Shown: in pieces, positions 27,111 to 36,500 of the stretch
Layout of the letters: every line of letters begins with the position of its first letter
How positions within the stretch are numbered: the first letter of the stretch is position 1
DNA from: an uncultured Candidatus Cloacimonadota bacterium
Lineage (GTDB): Bacteria; Cloacimonadota; Cloacimonadia; Cloacimonadales; Cloacimonadaceae
DNA: 57,294 bases
Reading direction: 5' to 3'
NCBI GenBank assembly: GCA_964463825.1
Contig: CAYXEF010000005.1
Coordinates: forward strand, 1 to 57,294
Translations under genes and position numbers: made by a program
Notes under the pieces: model-generated
What the model saw: only the letters and a program-made list of their open reading frames with translations
Told to the model about the DNA's origin: nothing
The model's database searches: none

Positions 27111-28964
27111 ATGTCTCTTAAGAGAATCGACCTGCTGATCTGCTGCGGCTCCGGCTGCGTGTCGGCAGGCGCGTTGAAGATCAAAGAACGCTTCCACGAA
27201 GTGCTGGCCCAGCAAGGCCTGACCAACGAGATCAACATCATCGAGACCGGTTGTATGGGACCCTGCGATTATGGCCCCGTGCTGGTGGTTTATCCTGAGG
27301 GGACCTTCTACAAGGCCGTCACACCGCAGGATGTGGAGGAGATCGTCGGCGAACACTTCGTCAAGGGCCGTCCGGTGCAACGCCTGATGCTGCGGGAAGA
27401 GGAGAAGGTCGTCGCCGCGCAAAAGGAGGTGCCATTTTACCAGAAACAGGTGAAAGTGGCGCTGGCCAATTGCGGCTACATCGATCCCGAAAGCCTGGAG
27501 GAATATATCGCCACCGGCGGTTACGAAGCCCTGGGCAAGGCTCTGACCGAACTCGACCCCCAACAGACCATCGAGGTGGTCAAACGCTCCGGATTGCGCG
27601 GACGCGGCGGCGGAGGCTTCCCCACCCACATCAAGTGGCAGCTGGTGCAGGATCAAAAGGCGGACGAGAAGTTCATCGTCTGCAACGGCGACGAGGGAGA
27701 TCCCGGAGCCTTTATGGACCGCTCGCTGCTGGAAGGCGACCCGCACCGCATCCTGGAAGGGATGATGCTGGCCGCCTACGCCATCGGCGCGAACAAAGGT
27801 TATTTCTACATCCGCGCCGAATATCCGCTGGCCATCAAACGCATCCGCAACGCCATCCAACAGGCGAAAACTGCTGGCCTGATGGGCCAGGACATATTTG
27901 GTACCGCCTTCAATTTCGAGGCTGAAGTCCGCACCGGTGCCGGAGCCTTTGTCTGCGGCGAGGAAATGGCGCTCATCCACTCCCTCGAAGGTCAGCGCGG
28001 CAATCCCACGCCCAAGCCGCCCTATCCCGCCACCAACGGGCTCTGGGGCAAACCGACCGTGGTCAACAACGTGGAGACCCTGGCCAACCTGCCCACCATC
28101 TTCATCAAGGGAGCGGACTGGTTCTCCTCCATGGGCACCGCCACCAGCAAGGGCACCAAGGTTTTCGCCCTCACCGGGGACATCCGTAACACCGGCCTGG
28201 TCGAAGTGCCGATGGGCATCACGCTGCGGGAATTGATCTTTGACGTGGGCGGCGGCATGGTCGGCGACCACCAGTTCAAGGCTGTCCAACTGGGCGGACC
28301 TTCAGGCGGTTGCCTGACCAAGGAACACCTGGACGTGCCCGTGGACTATGAAAGCCTGAAAGCGCGCGGCGCCATGATGGGCTCCGGCGGCGTGATCGTG
28401 ATGAACGAACAGAAGTGCATGGTCAACGTGGCCAAGTTCTTCATGGAATTCTGCGTGGACGAATCCTGCGGCAAGTGCTCGCCCTGCCGCATCGGGCTCA
28501 AGCAGATGTACGACATCCTGGCCCGCATCACCGCCGGCGAAGGCACACAAGACGACATCGCCGAATTACAGCGCCTGGGCGAAGCCGTGAGCAAACTCTC
28601 GCTCTGCGGCCTCGGACAATCCGCCCCCAATCCGGTGCTCTCGACCCTGCGCTATTTCCGCGACGAATACGAAGCCCACATACGGGACAAAGCCTGCCCC
28701 ACCAAGGTCTGCCCAGATCTGCTGCACTTCATGATCGACAAGTCCCGCTGCATCGGCTGCTCGCTCTGCGCGCGCAAATGCCCCGTGACCTGCATCAGCG
28801 GCTCCCGGGAGGATAAATACACTATCCACCAGCCCGACTGCATCAAGTGCGGCAATTGCCAGGATGTCTGCCCGGTCAAGGCTATCGACCGCATCCCCGG
28901 CATGCATGCCGATGTGCTCGCGCACAGGGCTGAACTCACTAAAAATAACGAATATGAGGATTAA
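27111..28964 (+). CDS. NuoF-like flavin subunit HydB, copy 1 (electron-bifurcating type)
   Basis: N-terminal CCGSGC/GCMGPC, GLRGRGGGGFP, NGDEGDPGAFMDR, GTKVF, GGPSGG, ESCGKCSPCR, C-terminal 2[4Fe-4S]; 617 aa. Confidence 0.92.
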   Translation: MSLKRIDLLICCGSGCVSAGALKIKERFHEVLAQQGLTNEINIIETGCMGPCDYGPVLVVYPEGTFYKAVTPQDVEEIVGEHFVKGRPVQRLMLREEEKVVAAQKEVPFYQKQVKVALANCGYIDPESLEEYIATGGYEALGKALTELDPQQTIEVVKRSGLRGRGGGGFPTHIKWQLVQDQKADEKFIVCNGDEGDPGAFMDRSLLEGDPHRILEGMMLAAYAIGANKGYFYIRAEYPLAIKRIRNAIQQAKTAGLMGQDIFGTAFNFEAEVRTGAGAFVCGEEMALIHSLEGQRGNPTPKPPYPATNGLWGKPTVVNNVETLANLPTIFIKGADWFSSMGTATSKGTKVFALTGDIRNTGLVEVPMGITLRELIFDVGGGMVGDHQFKAVQLGGPSGGCLTKEHLDVPVDYESLKARGAMMGSGGVIVMNEQKCMVNVAKFFMEFCVDESCGKCSPCRIGLKQMYDILARITAGEGTQDDIAELQRLGEAVSKLSLCGLGQSAPNPVLSTLRYFRDEYEAHIRDKACPTKVCPDLLHFMIDKSRCIGCSLCARKCPVTCISGSREDKYTIHQPDCIKCGNCQDVCPVKAIDRIPGMHADVLAHRAELTKNNEYED

Positions 28965-28973
28965 GGAGATTCC

Positions 28974-29432
28974 ATGTATCTGGACATTTGCAAAAAATAC
29001 GCTCCTGATAAAGACAACCTGATCTATATCCTGCACGAGATCCAGGATACCCATCCCCAGCACTACATTTCCGAGGAAGCCGTGCAGGTGGTGGCGGACT
29101 ACCTGAAAGTGCCGCCCAACCACATCTTTGGCGTGCTGACCTTCTACACCATGTACAGCACCAAACCCCGCGGCGCCAATATTATACGCCTTTGCGAATC
29201 CCCACCCTGCTACATCAAGGGCTCGGACAATATCCTGCGCAAACTGAAAACCATCCTGGGCGTGAATACCGGCGAAACCACCAAAGACGGCCTCTTCACC
29301 CTGGAACTCTGCGCCTGCCTCGGCGTTTGCGGCAACGCGCCGGTGATGATGATCAACAACGACGTCTACGGCGACCTCACCGAGGAAAAGGTGGAGGAGA
29401 TCATAGAGCGGATCGCAAGGGGGAACCAATGA
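28974..29432 (+). CDS. NuoE-like [2Fe-2S] subunit (HydC), copy 2
   Basis: AAGGAG RBS; GVLTFYTMY, CESPPC, CLGVCGNAP. Confidence 0.9.
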   Translation: MYLDICKKYAPDKDNLIYILHEIQDTHPQHYISEEAVQVVADYLKVPPNHIFGVLTFYTMYSTKPRGANIIRLCESPPCYIKGSDNILRKLKTILGVNTGETTKDGLFTLELCACLGVCGNAPVMMINNDVYGDLTEEKVEEIIERIARGNQ

Positions 29433-30991
29433 AATTCTATCGCAGCCACATACTGGTCGGCATCAATGAAACCTCGCTCCAGGCCGGAGTGCAGGACTTT
29501 CTCAGAGCCTTGCGCCAGGAACTTGCCAAACACCAGCTGCAGGAGGAGATCAACGTCCTGGAGACCGGCCCCCTGGGCTTCTTCGGCCGCGGCATCTGCC
29601 TCACTGTCTTCCCGGAAAACATCAATTACATGGATGTCAAAGCGGAAGACATCCCGGAACTGGTGGAACAGCATTTCCTCAAAGGCCGCCCCGTCAACCG
29701 CCTGATGCTGGAAAGCTCCGCCAAGTTCACACCCAAGCTGAACTACGACAAACGCATCGTGCTCCGCAATTCGGGCATCATCGATCCCGAAAGCATCGAC
29801 GAATACATCGGCGCCGGCGGCTACGAAGCCTGGGAAAAGGCGCTCACGCAAATGAAACCGGAAGACATTGTCAATGAAGTCAAGAAGTCCGGTCTCAAGG
29901 GACGCGGCGGCGCCGGATTCCCTGCCGGCCTCAAGTGGAGCTTCACCGCCCCGCTCAATGCCCCCCAGAAATACGTGGTCGTGAACGCCGACGAAGGCGA
30001 GCCGGGCACCTTCAAAGACCGACTGATCATGGAAGGCGACCCCCACCAACTTCTGGAAGGGATCATGATCTGCGCCCGCGCCGTCGGTGCCACCAAAGCC
30101 TGGATCTACATCCGCGGCGAGTACAAGCTCTGCATCGAGCGCCTGCGCAAGGCCATCGCCCAGGCCAGGGAATATGGCCTGCTGGGCAAGAATATCTTGG
30201 AGAGCGGCTTTGATCTGGATATCGATATCCGCATCGGAGCCGGCGCCTATGTCTGCGGCGAAGAAACCGCCCTCATCGAATCTCTGGAAGGCAACCGCGG
30301 CAATCCGCGCTGGAAACCGCCCTTCCCCGGCGTGCAAGGTCTCTGGGGTGCTCCCACCGTGGTCAACAACGTGGAGACCCTGGCCAACGTGCCCTTCATC
30401 ATCAAGAACGGCGCCGAGCTCTACCAAAGCTACGGAACGCCCGATTGCACCGGAACAAAGGTCTACACGATCCTGGGCGACGTCGCCTATCCCGGCCTCT
30501 GCGAGGTGGACATGGGCACCACGCTGCGCACCATCATCAACGACTATGCCGGCGGTATGAAAAAGGGCTTCCGCTTCAAGGCCGCGCTGGTCGGCGGAGC
30601 GGCGGGCGTCTTCCTGCCTGAGAAAATGCTCGACGTCAAGATGGACTTCCCCAGCCTCAACGAATACGCCGCCGTGCTCGGTTCCGGAGCCATCCTGGTC
30701 ATGAACGAGCATCAAAGCATCGTGGACATGCTGTGGTCGATCATCCGTTTCTTCCGCCACGAGTCCTGCGGCAAATGCGCACCCTGCCGCAACGGTTGCC
30801 AGCAGCTCTGCCGCCTGATCAGCAAGATCAAGAAAGGCGAAGGCAGCATGGATGATGTGCAACTCATGGTCGACATCGCGCAAACCATGCAGCAGACGAG
30901 CTTCTGCGCCTTGGGCCAGTCACCGATCATGGGCATCCGCTCCGCGGTGGAGAACTTCCACGGCGAGTTTGTCGAGATTACAAAAAAGTAA
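29429..30991 (+). CDS. NuoF-like flavin subunit HydB, copy 2 (non-bifurcating-type signatures)
   Basis: ATG 29429 overlaps the hydC2 stop. GLKGRGGAGFP, NADEGEPGTFKDR, GTKVY, GGAAG, ESCGKCAPCR; no C-terminal ferredoxin domain; 520 aa. Confidence 0.9.
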   Translation: MKFYRSHILVGINETSLQAGVQDFLRALRQELAKHQLQEEINVLETGPLGFFGRGICLTVFPENINYMDVKAEDIPELVEQHFLKGRPVNRLMLESSAKFTPKLNYDKRIVLRNSGIIDPESIDEYIGAGGYEAWEKALTQMKPEDIVNEVKKSGLKGRGGAGFPAGLKWSFTAPLNAPQKYVVVNADEGEPGTFKDRLIMEGDPHQLLEGIMICARAVGATKAWIYIRGEYKLCIERLRKAIAQAREYGLLGKNILESGFDLDIDIRIGAGAYVCGEETALIESLEGNRGNPRWKPPFPGVQGLWGAPTVVNNVETLANVPFIIKNGAELYQSYGTPDCTGTKVYTILGDVAYPGLCEVDMGTTLRTIINDYAGGMKKGFRFKAALVGGAAGVFLPEKMLDVKMDFPSLNEYAAVLGSGAILVMNEHQSIVDMLWSIIRFFRHESCGKCAPCRNGCQQLCRLISKIKKGEGSMDDVQLMVDIAQTMQQTSFCALGQSPIMGIRSAVENFHGEFVEITKK

Positions 30992-31009
30992 GATAAAGAG
31001 GACTTAGAT

Positions 31010-32794
31010 ATGGCTAAAACAGTGAATATCTGGATCGATGGCAAGGCCCTGGAAGTTCCGGACAACCTCACCATCATCGAAGCCGCGGACAAGCATGGGA
31101 TCTACATCCCCAGGCTCTGCTACCATCCGGATCTGCCGCCCACGGCCAATTGCGGCGTCTGCGTGGTCGAGATCACGGGCAATCCCAGTCCCAAACGCGC
31201 CTGCTGCACCCCCGTCGCCGAAGGCATGAAGATCGTCACCAATTCCAAAAACCTGCGTTCCTACCGCAAAACCCTGGTGGAGATGATTCTTTCCAACCAC
31301 GACGTGGTCTGCCCCACCTGCGCCGCCAACAACAAGTGTGAATTGCAGACCCTGGCCAACAACCTCAACGTGGATCCCGAAGCCCTTCCCAACATCCTGG
31401 ACAAGCAGCCCGTGGACGAATCCTCGCTCTCCATCATCCGCGACGTCAACAAGTGCATCGCCTGCGGGCGCTGCATCACCGTCTGCAACGAGGTTCAGAC
31501 CGTCTACGCGCTTACGTTTGCCGAACGCGGCATTGACGCTCACGTGGACACCGCCTTCAGCAAGGGCATGGCCACCAGCCCCTGCGTCAATTGCGGCCAA
31601 TGCACGGTCTATTGCCCCACCGGCGCCCTGCGCGAGCGCAACGAGATCGACGCCGTCTGGGAAGCCATCCTGGATCCCGACAAGCATGTCATCGTCCAGG
31701 AAGCCCCGTCCATCCGCGTTTCGCTGGGTGAGGAATTCGGCATGCCGCTGGGCTCCGTGACCGCCAAGAAAATGTATGCCGCCCTGCGCCGCATCGGTTT
31801 CGACGCCATCATGGACACCAATTTCACCGCTGACCTCACCATCATGGAGGAAGGCACCGAGTGCGTGACCAAACTCAAAGCCGGCGAAAAACGGCCTCTG
31901 ATCACATCCTGCTCCCCGGGCTGGATCAAGTTCATGGAAACCTATTATCCCGACCTCGCGGATTGCGTCTCCACGGCCAAATCCCCCATGAGCATGTTCG
32001 GCGTGCTCTCCAAGACCTACTATGCGCAAGAGCACAAGATCGATCCCGCCAAGATCGTCTCCGTCTCCGTGATGCCCTGCACCGCCAAGAAATTCGAGGC
32101 CCGGCGCCCCGAAATGCGCGACTCCGGATTCCAGGACACCGATTATGTGCTCACCACCCGCGAACTGATCCGCATGATCAAGGAAGCGGGCATCGACTTC
32201 GCCAATATCCAGGACGAGGAAGCCGATGCGGGCATGAGTTTCTACACCGGCGCGGGAACCATCTTCGGCGCTACCGGCGGTGTGATGGAAGCCGCGATCC
32301 GATCCGCCTATTTCCTGGTCACCGGCACGGAGCTGGAATCTTTCGAGATCACAGCCGTCCGCGGACTGCAAGGCGTCAAGGAAGCCACCCTCAACGTCCC
32401 CGGTTTCGGCGACCTGCGCGTGGCCGTGGCGCACGGACTCTCCAACGCCCGCTACGTCATGGACCGGGTGCGTGAAGGCCTGGCCACCAAAGGCGAATCA
32501 CCCTGGCACTTCATCGAGATCATGGCCTGCCCCGGCGGTTGCGTCGGTGGCGGCGGACAGCCCTACGGCAACGACATCGCCTCCCGCGCTCGCCGCGGCC
32601 TGGCCCTCTACGAAGAAGACCGCAGCCTGCCCGTGCGCAAATCCCACCTCAACCCCGAAGTGCAGCGTATTTATGAGCGTTTCCTCGGCGAGCCCAACTC
32701 CCCGCTGGCGCACAAACTGCTGCACACCCACTACTTCAAGCGCTCGATGAACACGGGCCAGGTAGTGGAGGAAGCCACCCACAAACATCACTGA
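31010..32794 (+). CDS. hydA: [FeFe]-hydrogenase catalytic subunit (group A, multimeric type)
   Basis: N-terminal [2Fe-2S], HxxxCxxCxxxxxC, 2[4Fe-4S]; H-cluster motifs TSCSPGW, MPCTAKKFE, EIMACPGGCVGGGG; LLHTHY. Confidence 0.95.
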   Translation: MAKTVNIWIDGKALEVPDNLTIIEAADKHGIYIPRLCYHPDLPPTANCGVCVVEITGNPSPKRACCTPVAEGMKIVTNSKNLRSYRKTLVEMILSNHDVVCPTCAANNKCELQTLANNLNVDPEALPNILDKQPVDESSLSIIRDVNKCIACGRCITVCNEVQTVYALTFAERGIDAHVDTAFSKGMATSPCVNCGQCTVYCPTGALRERNEIDAVWEAILDPDKHVIVQEAPSIRVSLGEEFGMPLGSVTAKKMYAALRRIGFDAIMDTNFTADLTIMEEGTECVTKLKAGEKRPLITSCSPGWIKFMETYYPDLADCVSTAKSPMSMFGVLSKTYYAQEHKIDPAKIVSVSVMPCTAKKFEARRPEMRDSGFQDTDYVLTTRELIRMIKEAGIDFANIQDEEADAGMSFYTGAGTIFGATGGVMEAAIRSAYFLVTGTELESFEITAVRGLQGVKEATLNVPGFGDLRVAVAHGLSNARYVMDRVREGLATKGESPWHFIEIMACPGGCVGGGGQPYGNDIASRARRGLALYEEDRSLPVRKSHLNPEVQRIYERFLGEPNSPLAHKLLHTHYFKRSMNTGQVVEEATHKHH

Positions 32795-32817
32795 TCGCCT
32801 CTCGGCGGTATGATATC

Positions 32818-32851
32818 AGGCGCGGGATCCCTGTTCCGCGCCTTTGTTTTT
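32818..32851 (+). terminator. Rho-independent terminator of the hydrogenase operon
   Basis: AGGCGCGGGA...TTCCGCGCCT followed by TTGTTTTT. Confidence 0.75.
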
Positions 32852-33024
32852 GTCCGAACTGAACACAGCAAGCGGACTGTTGTTATCGGACTCTGGTTGT
32901 CCTCGGCCGGGTTACAGCCCGGATGCCGGTCCCGCCGATGTTTCTCCGGAGGCGGAAAAAAAATCCCAACACTTCAGCCCTGCCATGCGTCTGTTTAGTA
33001 GAACAAGATGTTTTGGGAGGAACA

Positions 33025-33207
33025 ATGAAGAACATCTACAGAACACCGCATCAGACAGCCTGCATGATCGACGCTCAAAACAGCAGGATGGGCCACCAGG
33101 CCGATCCTGTGGAACAAGCCAAACCGCAGGTCCCGGAGATCCGCATCCTCGGCACCTGGAACGAACATCGCCAGCATCTGATCCAAACTCGGCTGCATCT
33201 GTTGTAA
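33025..33207 (+). CDS. Small hypothetical protein (60 aa)
   Basis: GGGAGG-AACA-ATG start context, strong hairpin right after the stop; no recognisable motif. Confidence 0.45.
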   Translation: MKNIYRTPHQTACMIDAQNSRMGHQADPVEQAKPQVPEIRILGTWNEHRQHLIQTRLHLL

Positions 33208-33214
33208 ACACCAG

Positions 33215-33257
33215 GCGGGTTAAGCGGCGGATGACCCGATCAGCCCGCTTAACCCGC
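33215..33257. repeat. Inverted repeat/hairpin, possible terminator of the small ORF
   Basis: GCGGGTTAAGCGG (33215-33227) and CCGCTTAACCCGC (33245-33257), a perfect 13-bp stem. Confidence 0.65.
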
Positions 33258-33389
33258 TTACTTTGGAAACCAATACTACCACTTTAACAGACACTTATGG
33301 CAGCCGGAGAGCCCCAAAATCCGGCATCCACTCCCACCCCTATCCACCGTCATTTCCCCCTGAGGCCTGGACAGTTTGCCAACTGCCAG

Positions 33390-33446
33390 CTTCCCGTACA
33401 CTTCCCGCACAACCAAGGGGAAGCGTTGGGGAAGTATAGGAGAGGC
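33390..33446. repeat. Degenerate palindrome with 11-bp periodicity
   Basis: CTTCCCG at 33390 and 33401; GGGGAAG/GGGGAAG/GGAGAGG at 33417/33428/33439. Confidence 0.6.
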
Positions 33447-33490
33447 GCACGAGTCAGCCGCCGGGGCGGGGCAATTTGCTTCTGTAGGGG

Positions 33491-33520
33491 AAAAAGAAAC
33501 CCGGGAGCGGACTCCCGGGT
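33491..33520 (-). terminator. Rho-independent terminator of the lamin-tail protein gene
   Basis: ACCCGGGAG-CGGA-CTCCCGGGT stem preceded on + by AAAAAGAA, a U-tract on the minus strand. Confidence 0.8.
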
Positions 33521-33544
33521 ATGTGCAGTATGTGGGTTGTTACA

Positions 33545-36500
33545 TTAGTTTTGGGCGTAGACGCGGAACCAGCCTCTCAGGCCGGAAGGCCACTGGAAGC
33601 TGGTCTGGTCTGTGGTGCCGAGGGTCGTCCATTCATTATCCGGAGCGAAGGGATTGTCCGCGTGATAGACGATGCGGTAGCTGGTGGCGCCCGGCACGGC
33701 GTTCCAGCTCAGAACGATATTTCCGTTTTCGTCAACAGTGACGGTAACCACGGGCCGTTCCAGGGTGCCCAGCGCTTCAAAGTCAGCCAGGAAGCGCGGC
33801 GAGACCTGCATTGATGTCTGATATTGCCCGACCAGGCAAGTCAGGTTGATGGGATCGGCAGGGATTGGAGTACCGCTGTAGTCCGTGGCCGGGAAGGTGC
33901 GCATGGTCAAGGTGGCGGTGGGATCGGTGGCGAGAATGTTCTCAGCAGCTGATCCGAAGTTGCCTGTGGTCGTATCCAGCGTGACATTGAGCACCTTGAT
34001 CAGTTTGGCCTGGTCACTGGTGGTCAGGCTGGCAAAGGTGCGCAGTTCCGGAACAATTACGTTGCCGATGGAGGTCGCGGCGCCGGGATCTGCGACAGGC
34101 GTGAATTGCAGCAGGTTTTGGTATTGTCCCAGCGTACCGGTGATGCCAGTGATGCCGTCATAGAGGTTGTAGGTGGTCGTGATGATACCAGCAGGATCGT
34201 CGATCACGATCGCCGCAGTTGCGTCCTGGATATACTTCTGATGGCGCGTGACCTGTTGGAATGTGAGCACCGCTTCGCCGGTCAGGCGATACATGGTGGT
34301 GCCTGTGGCCTGGGCACGCAGGGTGGCGATATCCGGAACCGGGGTCGGGAAGATATAGGTTTCTGTTGTAACGCTGCTGGGGGTGAAACCTGGAGCGTAG
34401 GTTATAGCCTTGACTGTCGTGGTGCCGCTCACGGCAACGGGTCCGGTGACGGAGTAGTTGAATCCGTTGGTATCGCTGGGAATGCTGCCGTCGGTGGTGT
34501 AATAGATGGTCGCGCCAGGTGTGGTGCTGGACATAGTCACGTTGACCGTCGAGGAGTAGATGCCTCCGGCAGGGTCAAGAACGGGCGCTTCCGCGACCTG
34601 GGCTCCCGGGGTGAAGGTATGGGCTCCCAGATAGCTGACGGTATCTACTGGATACACATCCCATTCCGTGCCCAGGGTAACGAAGTCTGTGGTGATCCCG
34701 TCTCCGTTGTTGGTGGGATTGACGGTCACACCGCCGGTCACGGTCGGCTTACGTACCAGGGTCTTGTCCAGGGTGGAATAACCGCCGTCCGCTGTCCATT
34801 GCGTTCCGGGATCCTGATCGATAACGCCGAAGATATCGACAAAAGTGTCGTTTTCATCCACGACCTTGATCAGGGCCAGCGCATCATCGCCATTAAAGTA
34901 GGTTACCGTGCTGGTGACGTCGGCCACGGCCAGGATCGAGGCATTGGCGCTGGAATTGGCAATCACATAGACATCGTTGTGGGCCAGCATGGTACCCGGT
35001 GTGAAAGTGAGTGTGTTGCCTGGAGTAGGCGAACCATTGGAGTACAGATACACCTTGTAAGCGCCCAGATCGACCGGTGAGCCGGTTCCGTTGAAGATCT
35101 CCAGGGCCTTGTTGTTGCTCAGGCCTTCCAGATATTCGGAGAAGAAGAGATCCACTGCATAGTTGCCGGCGGGCGGAGTTGCGGTGCCGGAAACTGCCAG
35201 TTCGAAGTTGGTGGCGTTGGCGGTGGCATGGACGATAGTGCCGTTGTAGTCGCCGGCGTCGGGGGCGTTCATGCGCACGTAGATCAGGCCGTTGAAGTTG
35301 TAAGCCAGATCCAGCGAGGCGGACCAGGGGCCGGTTTCCGCTGTGCCCAGTTCAAAGGGGGCGGCCACACTCACCAGGATGTTGCCGGTGGCGTTGGTGG
35401 CGCTGAGCGTGTAGGATTGTGGATCGGAAGGCGTTCCCGCCACCTGGCTGAAGGGTGTCAGGCTGGCGGCGATGTTCCACTCCACATCAGGCGGGAAGGT
35501 CTCGCCTTCCGCGCGGACCAGCACTTCCTCAGCGCCGGGGCTGTTGTGGGTGATATCGCCGGAATGCTCTCCCACGCTGGAAGTGTTCAGGCGCACGTAG
35601 ATGCTGCCGTCGTAATCGTAGGGGACCTGCAGGTTGCCGGCCCAGCCTTCCGTGCCGGTGGTGGAGATCTCAAAATGTTCCGGGGCAACCAGACTGATCG
35701 GTCCCATCAGATCGGTTCCGCTAAGTTGGTAGGAAGAGATCTCCTCGGAGGGATTGCCGGAGATATTGTAAACAGGATCGGGCACGCCTGTTGTCACGAT
35801 CACCGGGGTGGCCGCAGGCGCCCAGAGCTTGGCCCAGTCGTTGGCGATGCGGATGCCGTCGTAGTAGGCCGCCGGGGTGTTCGCGGACTGGCGGATGGCG
35901 ACGCTGCCGATGTTGCTGGGATCTGAGGTGGTGTCTGTGGTACCGATACTCAGTGTGGGCGTGGGTTCAGTTTCTGTGTCCGTGGGATTGATCCAGAGAT
36001 AGACCTCGTCATTGGCGGTGCCGGGCACGATCGAGTATTTCATTACCATCATGTAGGTGGTGTCATAAGCGTAAGAATAGGGGGTAAACTGGATCACGGC
36101 TGTGCTCGTCGAGCCTTTGGAGATACCGAAACGGATGGCATTTGACGCATCGCGCTGTACATACAATCTGCCTCGGAAGGTCGTTCCACCGCTCAGAACA
36201 CCGGCATCGCCCAAATGGAGATTATAGTCCTGGGTGGTATTGGGCAAGTTGGTGATGTTCATCAGAAAACCACAATAGACGACACCGGAAGTCTGTTGGG
36301 AAAAGCCTTTGGAGACATCTTCTCCCGTGACACCGGTGGTGCGGGCGCTGCCGCCCAGATTGGGCGGATAGTTGGTGTAAGAGAGGTTCGTAACATCAAC
36401 CAATGGTGTTGAGACTCCGGGACTGTGCGGAGACCAGCCATTGGAGACCAATGTGGTACCCACCTCGTAGGCGAAGTTTTCTTCCATGAACAGCGTCGGA

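Noticed and set aside
25671-30991. Respiratory complex I (nuoEF) genes
   Set aside because: No membrane or quinone-module nuo genes are present; the NuoE/F homologues are adjacent to an H-cluster HydA.
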